A stretch of DNA of 64,000 nt from Felis catus (Eukaryota). The DNA is taken from the NCBI RefSeq assembly GCF_018350175.1, contig NC_058368.1:222458001-222522000 (forward strand). The letters are read 5' to 3'. The notes under the pieces are model-generated. The model saw nothing but the letters and a program-made list of their open reading frames with translations, was not told where the DNA came from and did no database searches. The position numbers were made by a program, and so were the translations under genes. This document shows, one piece after another, positions 1 to 12,550 of the stretch (positions are counted from its first letter, which is position 1; each line of letters starts with the position of its first letter).

Positions 1-310
1 TATGAAGATAGATGCAAAAGCTATGAAACTTTAGTAAATCAAATTTATTATTCTAGAAAAAGGAAAATAGCATTATCATGTGAGAGTCATATCAAAAAAT
101 CTAAGAATAGTTTATCATTTAAAGAGTATTATGTTTTATAATATGAATAGTTTAAGAGAGAATATCACTTGATTATTTCAATGGAAGCAGAGAAAGCTAT
201 GACAAGGTTAAAATACCCATTTTTTTTATTAAATATCTCAGCAAATTACGAATAGAAAGAAGTTTCTTTAACTTGGTAAGGGACATCCATGAAAAGCCCA
301 CAGCTAATAT
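1..310 (+). mobile_element. Old LINE-1 ORF2 (reverse transcriptase region) fragment, degenerate
   Basis: Translates in pieces to ISMEAEKA (~175-198) and IHEKPTANI (~285-311), resembling L1 ORF2 ISIDAEKAFDK and IYEKPTANI; frameshifted. Confidence 0.8.
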
Positions 311-595
311 TTTAGTGTTATGTTGGGAAATTAAATTAAATCCATAGATCAATTTCAGGAGAATTGCTGTCTTAATAATACTAACTTTTCAGTCCGTATG
401 CCTGGTATATTTCTATAGTTATTTAAATCTTCTTCAATTTATATCATCAAAGATTTATAGCTTAGAGTTTATAAAATTATGCACTTGTTTTTTAAATTTA
501 TACTTTAGCATTTGAAAGTTTTGATTCTATTTTAAATAGTATTTTTAAATGTCAGCTTCAATGTTTGGTTAACATACAAAAATTTAATTTAATAT

Positions 596-805
596 ATTTT
601 TTAATGTTCATTTCTTTTTGACAGATAGAGGTTGGGGGGACAAGCGGGGGAGGAGACGAGATAGAGGGAGAGACAGAATCTGATGCAGGCTCCAGGCTTT
701 GAGGTGTCAGCCCAAAGCCCAACAAGGGGCTCGAACTTGTGACATATGAGATCATGACCTGAGCCGAAGTCAGATGCTTAACTGACCAAGCACCCAGGTG
801 CCCCC
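596..805 (-). mobile_element. Can-SINE (tRNA-derived carnivore SINE)
   Basis: Head ...cacccaggtgccccc, (GA)-rich body, T-rich tail; TSD AATTTAATAT at 586-595 and 806-815. Confidence 0.95.
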
Positions 806-974
806 AATTTAATATTAACTTTGCATTCTGAAAATGTTACTAAATTCAAATATTGTGGCATATACTTTTCTTGTAAATTTCTTCAGTTTTCCATGAATAC
901 AATGACATCTCAGAATTCAGAGTTTTATTTCTCCCTTTTTAATCATTATGTCTTTTATTTCTTTTTCCTATCTT

Positions 975-1197
975 TTTTTTTTAATTTTTTTTAACGTTTA
1001 TTTATTTTTGAGACAGAGAGAGACAGAGCATGAATGGGGGAGGGTCAGAGAGAGAGAGAGAGACACAGAATCTGAAACAGGCTCCAGGCTCCGAGCTGTC
1101 AGCACAGAGCCCGACGCGGGGCTCGAACCCACGGACCGCGAGATCATGACCTGAGCCGAAGTCGGCCGCTTAACTGACTGAGCCACCCAGGTGCCCC
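975..1197 (-). mobile_element. Can-SINE, felid type
   Basis: Full-length, CpG-rich; 15-bp TSD TCTTTTTCCTATCTT at 960-974 and 1198-1212. Confidence 0.97.
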
Positions 1198-1229
1198 TCT
1201 TTTTCCTATCTTATTGAATTAATGCATGT

Positions 1230-1395
1230 AACATGAAATTTAAAAAACGTGATGGGAATGAGCAGGAAACACCAAGAGGATAATTTCTGGGATAGTGAGG
1301 TATTTTGGCTTGATATACATTCATGAAGACTGATTGCATCGTATTTAACATCCGAGTGTTTCATTTTATATAAAGTATTTCTTAAGGTATATTTT
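1230..1395 (+). mobile_element. Old L1M 3' UTR terminal fragment
   Basis: Resembles the L1MC/ME terminus (aatttctgggatagtgag...tttcattttatataaagtatttcttaa). Confidence 0.55.
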
Positions 1396-1651
1396 TTAAA
1401 GTCTGCAATATGAAAAAAAATTAGTGAATAGGACAAATAAATTAAATTATTGAGACTTTATTGCATTTTCATTGTTTTAATTTGCTACTATTTGCATATG
1501 TAGTGACTAAAGAACAGAAAGAACACTATTCTAAGAAACATTAGGAAAACAAAATGTATGGACATAAATATTAATCATTCAACAAAACATTCTGATGCTG
1601 AAAAATAATATTTCCTATTTTTTTGTTTTATTGTGTTTTCTGTTTTGATTT

Positions 1652-1653
1652 TA

Positions 1654-1688
<35 letters not shown>
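1652..1688. repeat. (TA)n microsatellite
   Basis: Directly visible. Confidence 0.95.
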
Positions 1689-1926
1689 TAGATGATAATG
1701 ACATTAATTGTGTGATGTTATAATATTATGATATTATAGCCAGACAGATATTATTTGGTTTTATTTAATTCAGCTCTATAAAATTCTTAATTCTAGAATA
1801 GTTTATAGTTGTTATTAATTGCTCTGAGTATCAGACAAATTCAGTAGAATCCTTTGCCCAACTACTATGGGAAAAGCTTGCCAATTAATTTGACACTGGC
1901 TTCAAGAGTTAAAAAAAAAAGACAAT

Positions 1927-2148
1927 GGGGCGCCTGGGTGGCGCAGTCGGTTAAGCGTCCGACTTCAGCCAGGTCACGATCTCGCGGTCCGTGAGTTCGA
2001 GCCCCGCGTCGGGCTCTGGGCTGATGGCTCAGAGCCTGGAGCCTGTTTCCGATTCTGTGTCTCCCTCTCTCTCTGCCCCTCCCCCGTTCATGCTCTGTCT
2101 CTCTCTGTCCCAAAAATAAATAAACAAACGTTGGAAAAAAAAATTAAA
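1927..2148 (+). mobile_element. Young felid Can-SINE (SINEC_Fc-like)
   Basis: ggggcgcctgggtggcgcagtcggttaagcgtccgac head with A/B boxes, (CT)n, AATAAA, A-tail; TSD AAAAAAAAAAGACAA on both sides. Confidence 0.97.
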
Positions 2149-2690
2149 AAAAAAAAAAGACAAAAAATTACCAAATTCAAGTCAATCCCTGTCCCAAGTG
2201 AGGACAAGGAAGAAAACCAGAGAAAGAACAGATAAAAATATCTTGAAAGATATATTAGCTAGAAAATTATGGTACTTTTAGTGAGACCATTTTTTTTTAA
2301 AGCCACTAAATACTTTTGGTTCACACTCAATCATGATATACAAACACTATATTTAAACCTGAAATCACCTGATATAAATAATAGGAAGGGTTTAAACTTC
2401 CAGTGATGCTAAGTAAGGGAAAACATATTTTGAAATCTTATATTTAAATACAGTATCTATTTTATTAGGAAATCCTGTACCATAATTGTCAATAAAGTTA
2501 AGAATCTTAAGATGATTTCTCAATCTATTGCCAAATTCTACCTCTTTCAGGAAAGTTTACGTATCTGTGTTCTATTTTATTTCATGGAGTAGCTTATTGT
2601 TTGTTTATTCCACAGATTTTTAAGCATCAATTATATATACGATGCCAATGTTATGTATTTCATTGTCTAAGAATATAATCAATCTTAAAT

Positions 2691-2736
2691 TGAAAAATTG
2701 GTATATGAAAAATTGATATATGAAAAATTTTATATA
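2691..2736. repeat. 15-bp tandem repeat x3 (TGAAAAATTGRTATA-like)
   Basis: tgaaaaattggtata tgaaaaattgatata tgaaaaattttatat. Confidence 0.85.
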
Positions 2737-2872
2737 CAGAATGTATATGACTAATTCTTACATAACCATAATGATTTCAAAATAGATTAAAATATTTCAG
2801 TATTTAAACAGCAAAAATGTTTTATTTCATAGGGATTTACTATTAAAATGCTATGTATACCTTTACAATGCC

Positions 2873-2950
2873 ATGTCCCAATAAAACTATAAGAAAATGT
2901 TCATATGCCGGCCAAATTTTGGCCAATAGGCTGTAATTTGTGAGTCATTG
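2873..2950 (+). mobile_element. MER58-like hAT-Charlie DNA transposon terminal fragment
   Basis: tgtcccaataaaact...ggccaaattttggccaataggctgtaatttg resembles the MER58A 3' end. Confidence 0.5.
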
Positions 2951-4399
2951 ATTTAGAACATATTACATTTGATTTTCTTAACTTGATTCTTTATAGACTG
3001 ATACTTTTATATAATACAATTAAAGCTAACCACTAGAGAAATTGAATTACAAACATTAAATACAAGTATGAATTTGCATTTTTAGGGTCATCAGAAAATA
3101 AATTGCTCTCTCAATTTATCATTAACGTAAGTGCTCATTCATAGTCTCCTGCTCTCTGAGCAGAGCAGTGACAGGCTTTAGACCAGCCCTTGTCAGTGGA
3201 CCATACTTTGAGATGCTTTGCTCAGAGCAAAAAGCAATGGCTCTCCTCTCTCCAGCTGAAGCCTATTGTCTTTAAAACATTGTCTGAGTGCTCTGCACAT
3301 TCTGAGCTGTTAGTATATATTTGGAATATATATAATGGAATATATATATGTTAATGATATATTATTTGCTTGTCTATTTGTTTGTTTTTAAGCTTACATT
3401 GATACCATCTTTCGTCTTGGTGATCTCTGAACATATTTTATTTACTTTGTATCTATAGTTTAGCTTTTTTCCCAACACAGGGTAGAAACACACATACCAA
3501 CTAGTGAGCACAAATGCTAATCTATTGAACATAAATAACATCTTTTTTTTCCACTAATGAATACACTTACTTATAGATGAATATATATATTTTAAAAATC
3601 TAACCATAAGGAATCAAACATTAAGAATCCACTTAGTTTTCCTTCCCACCACTTTATAATTATATTTGACCTTTGTGTCTACCATTACTGAGTTGACTGA
3701 TTGGCTAACTTCTATTACTTTCTTCCTTTGACCTTCAAAATATAGACAGCCTGATTAGTGATAGCTGGAAAGAGGCATTCTCTGCAATTATATATTTGTT
3801 AATCAAATCATGAGCAATATTCAATTTCTTATGTTAATACCTGTTTCCTTGTTTGAATTGAGTAATTATGTCATAAAATACAGTATTTTCTAGGCAGAAT
3901 TAATGCAAATTATTTATATTGTGATGATGTAGGAATGAGAAAATTTGCATTGAAAGAGAAGTAAACTCATAAAATCAAATTATCTGGAAAAATAAAGACT
4001 ATATTTAACTTTGACATCATTTTCTGTTATATAAATCCTTATTTGATTATTTTAGATAAGAAGTTTATAACACTTCACAGGTTATTGTAAGTTGTAATTA
4101 GACAGTAAGCAAGAGTTTTACTAAAAAACCTCAAGGTCAATAAAATGACCATAGAATGGTAATCAGTGAGTTGTCTAAGGGTTATAAAAAAGAAGCGTAT
4201 ACAATTACAAGAGACTGAAGACATAAAGGTTTTAGTGAACCTATTATAGAAAAAATCATTTAGCAATTTACATTAAGTAAATGAGAGTACAATATTTTGT
4301 ATGCTTAAATTTAAAAGAGAATTACTGATGTGAAATCATTACACTAAAAATACAAACAAATAATTTTTGGCTTTGTAAGTAACCCCAGTGTCCTAGAGT

Positions 4400-4760
4400 G
4401 GGCCACCCTACCCAGCACCAGTATTGTGGAATGATAGTCAATGAATTTTACTGCCCATATTTTTATCAGTAATACTAGTTTCCATTAAAAATATCTAGAT
4501 GTCCTTTGAGAGTGTTGCCTCCATGAATTGGCATGCAGAAACCTCAAGATATGTTTTAAACATGTAGAGTTCCCACTGACAGAGTGGGATAATGTGACTA
4601 TCAAAAAAAGGAAATAATTATCGTAAGCTTTAAAAATTGAGTTTGCATGTAAAATACCTTGAGAATATTAATTCAAGAAAATTAATATTAATATAATATT
4701 TAAAAAAAAACCTGGTAGGCAATTTCAGTAGTAAAGAAGGTTACCAAAATAAAAATCATG
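4400..4760 (+). mobile_element. L1MC-like 3' UTR fragment
   Basis: gagttcccactgacagagtgggataatgtgactatcaaaa resembles the L1MC4/5 3' region. Confidence 0.45.
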
Positions 4761-5496
4761 CACAGTTTTATTAATTGTAATACATTGGGAAGGGTTGAGA
4801 TATGTGGATGTTCATTTTCATCTGCTAACTCAAGATCTGTTTATGAAACAAGGGATGTGGTTTCCACTATCCATCATAGTAGAGACAGATGGATCCAGGA
4901 AATTTCAAGCAAGCCAAGCAGTTAATAGGTTTCACTGGGCACTTATCTTTTGTTTTCAAACCAGAAATTGAGTACAAGGCTAGAAGAATTGAGTTTAGTT
5001 CATCCAAAATTATTATTAAAAAACCTAATTAGCTGTGTGTTTTCCAACTTTCTGTAAAACCACAGAGTTCTAATATTTTTACCGTTGAACTAAAAGTTGA
5101 TGTCTGAGAAAAGCCAGGCGGATCCAGCATTCCCCTCCTCCTCTTTAATGCAGTTCCAGGAGTTCCTGAAACCTAGTTTGGGAACAGCAGCCGTAGATAT
5201 TAGCAAACTAGTCATGTGACACCAAGGCTTTTGCCAGGACTGAGTGCTTCACTGTCACCAATCACCAATACTTTTTATTATCCTCTTAAGTTATAATTAT
5301 CGGTTAGAGCATCATCCACTGCTCTTTGATGGTTCTTTAGGATGTTGGAGCACTAGCACTCAAAGATGTCTTGCTATCACCTAAGTCCATGCGCTTTATC
5401 AAAGAAATCTGCTCGAAATAGGAAAATCGTGGCAGTGAACCAGTGGGAAAGTCATTCTCTGAATAGTAATCTTGAAAATAGCCATACTACTACTAC

Positions 5497-5539
5497 AACA
5501 AACAAACAAACAAACAAACAAACAAACAAACAAACAAAC
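5497..5539. repeat. (CAAA)n microsatellite
   Basis: Directly visible. Confidence 0.95.
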
Positions 5540-5945
5540 TAAATGGCATGTAAAATTGAGTTAGGCAATAGCCCAGGACATGTCTTCAACTGATTAGAAC
5601 CCTCAGTAACAAGAACAAAGATATTGCCTTGCAGGCTTTAGTGTCAGTTCTGCAGAACAACGATATTTTGAATATTTATAAAAACAATACCCTATCCCAG
5701 TACCACATGGGTAGGGCTAGGAAAGTGGCAATAAATAATTATATAGCTACTGTTCCTATCTAACCTATCTTTTAGTTTTCGCTGGCACTATTTCTGATTG
5801 TGACCGGATTTATTTTCCTCCAGTCAACATGTTTTCTGTTTCCTTCACATCTGTTGTGTTGAAACTAAATTTGTGTATCATTGCTGGATCAAATGTGGAT
5901 TGCTGCACTATTTCGAGCCAGAAATTTATATCACTTTTTTCAGTG

Positions 5946-6660
5946 TGTAGGGGTCAAAGGCAGGCTGTCCCCAACTGTGACACAGTGGCATATTGACTAT
6001 TTAAAATAAAAGTTACTTAAGAAACATCCTGTGCAAGAAGGACACTCAGATGCCCCTCTGCCCTCTGAAAGCAGGAAATCAATGTCTCATGGGAAATCAC
6101 CAGAGATACTAGTATATTCAGAGTCAAGCAGGCTATATAAATAACCCTTGTTATTTTTTACTAATTTACTACCATGGACCAGATTTTGTTTCAAATTCCT
6201 TAGTAATTGGAGCTCCCAAAGTTAAGTTTTCTTTGTTCTGTCAATGTGTCACAGATTTTTTGTCTCTTCGTCAAAAAAGTATAAAAAGTGACAGCTTTGG
6301 TCGTTTCTCTAGATCTAGAGATTCACTGTTGGACCTCTGTGCACATGTGATAAAAACTGTTTTTTTTTCCCCTCCTGTTAACCTGTCTTATGAAAACTTA
6401 ATTCTTTTTTTAATGTTTATTTATTTTTGAGGGGGTGAGGGAGGGGCGGAGAGCTGGAAGAACAAAGGACCTGAAGCCCTCTGTGCACTGACAGCAGGGA
6501 GCCCTAAGCAGAGATAGAGTTCAGGAACCATGGGATCATGAGGTGAGCTGAAGTCAGATGCTTAACCAATTGAGCCATCCAGGTGCCCCTTATATAAATT
6601 TACTTCTTAGTCCAGCTAGAAGAACTTGAAGGATAAAGAAATGAATTTTCATTTCCTGTA
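5946..6660 (+). mobile_element. ERV1 solo LTR, MER34-like, with nested SINE
   Basis: Starts TGTAGGGG; TATA-like tatataaata (~6134) and ATAAAA; MER34-type 3' end cctcctgttaacctgtc; 4-bp TSD AGTG at 5942-5945 and 6661-6664. Confidence 0.8.
6405..6589 (-). mobile_element. Can-SINE (diverged) inserted in the MER34-like LTR
   Basis: SINE head at 6560-6589, T-tail near 6405, degenerate TSD. Confidence 0.9.
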
Positions 6661-7883
6661 AGTGTTTACATTCGGGAACATCATTTAAAAAATTATGCTT
6701 TGATAATCCTACTAGCTAGTCAATAGATTTTTAAGAAATTCAGTCAAGTGAAATAAAAAGTATCTCATAATGTAAATAAAATAACGTGTACTTGGACATT
6801 AAACTTTTGAAAGTCTATTTTGTACCTAATGTTCTGTGGGTTTCTTCGGTTTGTGTGAGTGAATGCGTGTGCAGATTATTAAGTATATATACAGAAAAAG
6901 TCAATTGTACGATTCACTGAATTGTAGAAAAAGACAAATTAAGATATTTTGAATAAGTACATTTGTTTTCTTGTTGTCAAGAAAACAAACAATATTATTA
7001 GAAGGTCACCATGTAAGTAATCAAGATTGGGGAAATTACCTTTGAATACAAGTCACAGAAGTGTCCTTGACCCGCATTTCAATAAGAATTGCTTTAATAG
7101 TTTACTCAGATTTTATATTCATGGCTATTACTTTTTATGCACAGAGTGCTGCTTGGGATGTGGAGAATGTATAACATACTATTTATGGTGACAAGAGACC
7201 AATGGAGAACATATATTTATAATGCTGATTTTTTTTTTTTTAAATATAGTAAGTCTTTATGCAGAGAGTGACGCCCAGGGATGGGAACTTAAATCACAAA
7301 GGAAAAAGAGAGGAAGATCATGGACAAAGACTCTCTGGATAGAAGGATAGCCATGAAACCAACACAGATTTCTCTGACAGAAATACGAAAACAAGTTTAG
7401 AACACCGGACATCAAGTCAAGGTAATGTGAAATTCCTGCGATTTGATGCTAGCCATAGACTGAGTGATAATAAACCTGAAGGGAAATAAGTAAGTAAATA
7501 TAAATAAATAGTTTCGACTGTGAATTAGTTTTAATGTTTAAGAATAAAACATTTCTTTAAAGCAAAGAAGAGGAAAAAAAAGATGAGGCTCAGAAATGGA
7601 CTTTCCAATTGGAAAAGGAACTGTAGGCAATGTAACACAGTGTTTTTTATCTTTGCATTGTTGTTGTTTTCTTAATGAGGATAGCACTATGGTGACCTGC
7701 CACATATTAAAAAAATGTATACCGCAAAGGTAATATGAATGAAAATAATCTGAATATATACTTATCAAATTAACATTAAAAATAATCAAAGAAGAATATT
7801 CAAGGTAGAAAATCTCAAGTGTCAATTCCTCCCCATCCATCTCCCTAGAAGTAAGTAGTTACAACTCTTTTTACCGTGTTTCC

Positions 7884-8111
7884 TTAAAAAACATTTTTTT
7901 AATGTTAATTTATTATTCAGAGAGAGAGAGAGACAGAGACAAGAGTGTGAGAGGAGGGAGGGTCAGAGAGAGAGGGAGACACAGAATCCAAAGCAGGCTC
8001 CGGGCTCTGAGCACAGAGACTGACACAGGGCTTGAACTCAAAAACCGCAAGATCATGACCTGAGCTGAAGTCGGACCAGACTTTTAACAGACTGAGCCAC
8101 CCAGGCACCCC
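7884..8111 (-). mobile_element. Can-SINE
   Basis: Full body; TSD TTACYGTGTTTC at 7871-7882 and 8112-8123. Confidence 0.95.
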
Positions 8112-8970
8112 TTACTGTGTTTCTCATATACCCCCTCATAATTTTAAGTTGTATGCTTATACTGCAATAATGATTAATCATTTTCAAGCACCCATTGATT
8201 TCCTATTGTGGGAAGGGAGGATTTCTTTCTTTTATCATGTCATACCCTTTTCCTTCTCCTTACATCTTCAGTTGTCATTAAATCACCACTGGGTTAAATC
8301 AATATGCAGGGCTTGTGTTATTTTGGTTTTAGGGATACGAATTTGGGCTGCTCAGTGTACTATCATTACATTGCCTTTAGGTACAACTTTTTATTTTCAG
8401 TTTTTGTGTATAGAGTGACTGATAGTTTTGCTGTATTTCCAAACTAACTCTCTCCACACCCTCCCCAAGCTCTCAGTCAAATTTCCACACAAACAGGTCA
8501 GACAACCTGAGATTTCCGTTTGTTTCAGGAGACTACATTGTTAATGACACAGTCTCCCTGCTTCCTGCTGAGGAAGCTGCTGGGAGAGAAATGCAGGTCA
8601 TAGTATACCAGGGATGTTCTTACCTTCCCTGCTCTGCTGAGTATCTTCCTTTGAAGATGCTCTGTGTTCCTCTGCCTTCCTTTTATTCCTTCATTGAATT
8701 GCCTTAACTTCCTGGTGCCTGGGAGCGTCTTGGGGATTTTTTTGCATACTTTGTTTTTGTTTTCTTTTGCTTGCTTGTTTCTTGAAATATCCATGCCTAA
8801 AAATGTGGTCATTTGTTTTCAAATTTGTCTGATCATTTGCTTAAGCATAGGATCCTAGATTAAAAATTATTTACCTGGGATAGTATGATAATCGGATTCC
8901 TTTGCAATGAAAGCCTACCTCTTCCTCATGCTACTATGTATCTTCCTTTCCCTACTGTTCTTTCATGTTC

Positions 8971-9036
8971 CACCCAAATGTCCATCAAGTGATGAATGGA
9001 TAAATAAAATATGGTATATCCAGTAAATGGAACATT
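8971..9036 (+). mobile_element. Short L1 3'-region fragment
   Basis: cacccaaatgtccatcaagtgatgaatggataaataaaatatggtatatcc is the canonical L1 ORF2 end (PKCPS.DEWI.K.WYI). Confidence 0.85.
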
Positions 9037-9289
9037 AGTGCTTTACTCTTTCTGTGTCCTTTTACTCTTTCTTCTTTGCTTGGTATCTCTGCTAAATCAG
9101 AGATTTAGCACTGATTTAGCACTGATTTAAACCACTGTTTAAACCACTGTTTAAATCAATGGTTGCAGAGTGTTGGCAATTGGCAAGATCAGCACACGTC
9201 AATGGCTTATCTCGCCCAATTTAAGTGATCATTAACGATAAGAGTATTTGTTTCTACTTGACATATGAATAAGAGACAGTTGTACCATA

Positions 9290-9975
9290 GTGTCATTTAT
9301 GCCACACCCGCTAGGATGACTATAATCCAAAACAGATAACAAAATATTGTGAGAATGTGAGAAACTGGGAACCCTCTTACTTTAGAAAAGTCTGACAGTT
9401 TCTTAAAAGGTGAAACATTGAATTGCCATATGACCCCCACAATTTTTATTCTAGGTATATACGTGATACATACAAACATTCATACCTAAAATTCATAGTA
9501 GCATTATTCATTAAAAAAAACAATGGAAACAAACAAACATCCATGAACTGATGAATAAATAAAATAATATATTTTAATACAGTGGAATATGGTTTGTCAC
9601 TAAAAAGTAATGAAATCCTGATACATGGAAGGAGATGAATGAACATTGAAAACATGATAAATGAAAGGAGTCAGTCACAAAAGACAGACATATTGTATGA
9701 TTTTATTTATATGAAATATCCAAATTGGCAAATCTGTACAGATAGAAAGGATACTGCTGATTGCCTAAGCCTGGGGCATGGTGTAGAAGGATATGGTATG
9801 ACTACTAATTGGTATAGAGCTTCCCCTTTGGAATAATGAAAATATCCTAAAATAGTTTGTGGTGATGATTGTACAAACCTGTCAAAATACTAAAACAAAA
9901 CAAAACAAAACAAAAAACATTTCATTATACACCTTGAGCAGCTGAATTATATGGTAAGTGAATTACATTTCAAAA
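9290..9975 (+). mobile_element. L1MB-like 3' end (ORF2 C-terminus plus 3' UTR)
   Basis: Contains gaattgccatatgaccc, cattgaaaacatgataaatgaaaggagtcagtcacaaaagac and the terminal gaattatatggtaagtgaattacatttcaa. Confidence 0.85.
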
Positions 9976-10045
9976 CATATGTACACAAAGTGTAGAGCAG
10001 CCTTATTCACAAAGTCAGAAAATGGAAATAAACCAAATGCCCATC

Positions 10046-10095
<50 letters not shown>
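10046..10095. repeat. (TG)n microsatellite within an L1 fragment (~9980-10135)
   Basis: Directly visible; flanked by L1 sequence aaccaaatgcccatc. Confidence 0.95.
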
Positions 10096-10098
<3 letters not shown>

Positions 10099-11260
10099 AT
10101 ATATATCCAGTAAATATATATCCAGTAAATGGATATAGCATATAACAATACATCACACATATACAACACATATTACACATATAAATACATGTAACATATA
10201 TAAAACAACTAGGATATGGGATATGTATGTATCCATGTATCTGTCTATAATAATTGGTATATGGTTTAATTACTTAAATACATCTAAAATCATTGTTAAT
10301 TATTATTCATTTGTGATATACCCAAAATTACTTGGAAATAGCTTTGTATAATATTGCATCACCTTTTCTTAATTTATTCATTATTTTACCTCGGATAAAA
10401 GTCAGTTAGTGTATCAGAAATGACCTATTTGTTATATTTGTGTATAAGAAGCCAAATTAATAAGCTCACTTTTATACTCAAACGTATGCCAGAGCTGACC
10501 TTTCCTTCTGTGTTGCCAATTTAAGCAAAAAAATATCCTTTTATTACTGGAATTCTGTGCAGTAATTGGAGCAAACTTCTCACCTTGATTCTACCTAGAA
10601 ATGATCTGTCACTGTATCTTCACACTGTGAACGCCGTGATGAAAGGGACTCTCATGAACCACTATGCAGCAATTTTTACATTTAAATAATTTATAAAAAT
10701 GCCAGTGGCCTTCGATTCCAAAATGTAGTTTGTCAGTACCACAAAACAGTTACGGTTTGCTGAAAGATAATGAGCAGTGGGAGCATTTGAGAAACTTTTA
10801 GATTAGCATAATTAAAATAACTTTAGTCAAAGTCTATTTAGAATTTTAAAACATTGATCTGCGAACTTGACTGCACTATGGTCATAGTGTTTGCACCATT
10901 GAATGTAGATTGACATAACTCTGGTATTTCACTGTAATAATTGTGAGCTACATTCTTTCATAAATCATAGGAGCACCTGTTTCCTCTTTCTATCTATAAA
11001 GAAAACAGATTATACCACTGCACAACGGAAAAGGACTTCTTCGCTTCTGAATGTCCTTAAGGTGGTGTGTAAATAACTCAGCTAGCTATTTTGTAAGGTC
11101 GGGTGGAGAATGTATATATACGTTCATTTTGATTCTTTAGTGTAAAATTTACTGTAAATGTACACGAGCATGATCTTTCATATAATTTCATAACAGCTAT
11201 GAGAATACAAATGGTCCTAATCTGCTTGTAAAATTAATTTTAAACATGTGGGAGGGGAGA

Positions 11261-11657
11261 TTTATGGGCTGAATCGTGCCCCCACAAGAACTCATATGTT
11301 GAAACTTTAACGTCCAATACCCCAGAATATGATTGTATTTGAAGAAAGGGCCTGTTAAGAGGTGATTAAGCTAAAATGAGGCCCTTTGGGTGGGCCATAA
11401 TTCAATGTGACCGAAGTCTTTATAGGAAGAGAATATTAGGACCCACACAGGGACTCCAAGGATATACGCACGAAGAAAGTACGAAGACGTGGTGAGAAGG
11501 TGGCTATGTGCAAGCCAAGAAGAGAGACCTTAAATCAAATCTATCAACACCTTGATCTGGAACTTCAAGCCTCCAGACTGTGAGGAAAAAAAATGTCTGC
11601 TGTTAAAGCAACCTTAGTTATGGTATTTCATTATGGATACCCCAGGAAACTAATATA
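11261..11657 (+). mobile_element. MaLR solo LTR, MLT1B-like
   Basis: ttatgggctgaat...catatgttgaa start, aaactaatata end; 5-bp TSD GGAGA at 11256-11260 and 11658-11662. Confidence 0.92.
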
Positions 11658-11794
11658 GGAGATGCTTGCCAAGCCATCACAACACGGTTTTGCCAGGTTT
11701 ACATAACTACTCATTAATTCATTTACCTGTGTGTAAGACAGGATGGTGTTCAAATTCCTTTACAAACTCTCATCATCTACCTTCTTTGTTTAAG

Positions 11795-12290
11795 GTGTCG
11801 TCGGCTGACACAACGCCTATTCCCGCTCCTTTCTAAGATCACTCTCGCATTACTGAGATTGGAAGATTAAAATCTATGTTTAGAGACTTGCATGTAGCCA
11901 GAGGACGGGGTAAAATTCAGACTCTCTTCTTGATGCTGTTGGGCGAAATTCGGAAGGCAGGACAGAGAAGGCGACGTTTCAGTAGCAGTGCCAATTTATA
12001 GGTAATCTTTCGTGGATTATTCTACATTGCATTGGGCAGAATCTCCTAGTTCAGTCACCACCTCCATGCGTGTGGTGGCTCTGTGTAGACAGCAGTGTTA
12101 TCACTGACAATAGCAGTTTTGTGCCCCAGGTCAATGGCAGCAGCGATGAGTTGTTACAGACAATGGACCTAACTTCCATTTCTTTAGCTCACTAATGATT
12201 TGGCAAGCAAGCAATTCCCTATGTTCAATCAGTTTCAACTTGAAATACTCAGAATTATTTCTGTTTCCTATGTGGAATGCTGAATTTGCT
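11795..12290 (+). mobile_element. ERVL LTR, LTR33-like
   Basis: 3' end ttgaaatactcagaattatttctgtttcct resembles LTR33; followed by ERVL internal sequence. Confidence 0.55.
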
Positions 12291-12550
12291 ATGTGATTTT
12301 CTGTTTATGTAAAATGGATTTTTACCAGCAAAGAATTGAAGGAACCCTACGAAAGTATTTTAACACAATCAGGCTGGATTGGGAGAAGGCAAAAAATATT
12401 TCAGCAGCTTCTACCAGATACATTGAACCTTCCCTGAACAGATGATTGATCGCCTCCTGGATTTCTATGATATTAAACATGCAACATGTTTTCTGAGTCA
12501 GTGCCAGCATAGAGAAAATGAATGAACTAGGCTAAGGTGTAAAAAGAAAA

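Larger units (their letters stand above)
320..1220 (-). mobile_element. Old LINE-1 ORF2 segment in inverted orientation, interrupted by two SINEs
   Basis: Reverse complement resembles L1M ORF2 DNA for the AIRQEKEIK region (near 1215) and the KMSILPKLIYRFNAIP region (near 320-385). Confidence 0.7.

Noticed and set aside
1927..2010. tRNA-like A/B boxes
   Set aside because: SINE heads followed by (CT)n and A-tail, not tRNA genes
948..2113. Recurring peptides such as MAQSVKRPTSAQVMISR suggesting a gene family
   Set aside because: All are Can-SINE translations
7265..7421. Possible coding exon bounded by AG and AAG|GTAATG
   Set aside because: Stop codons in all three frames and a weak acceptor
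9102..9160. CRISPR-like or iteron-like repeat array
   Set aside because: Units are 11-13 bp, contiguous and lack spacers; the DNA is mammalian
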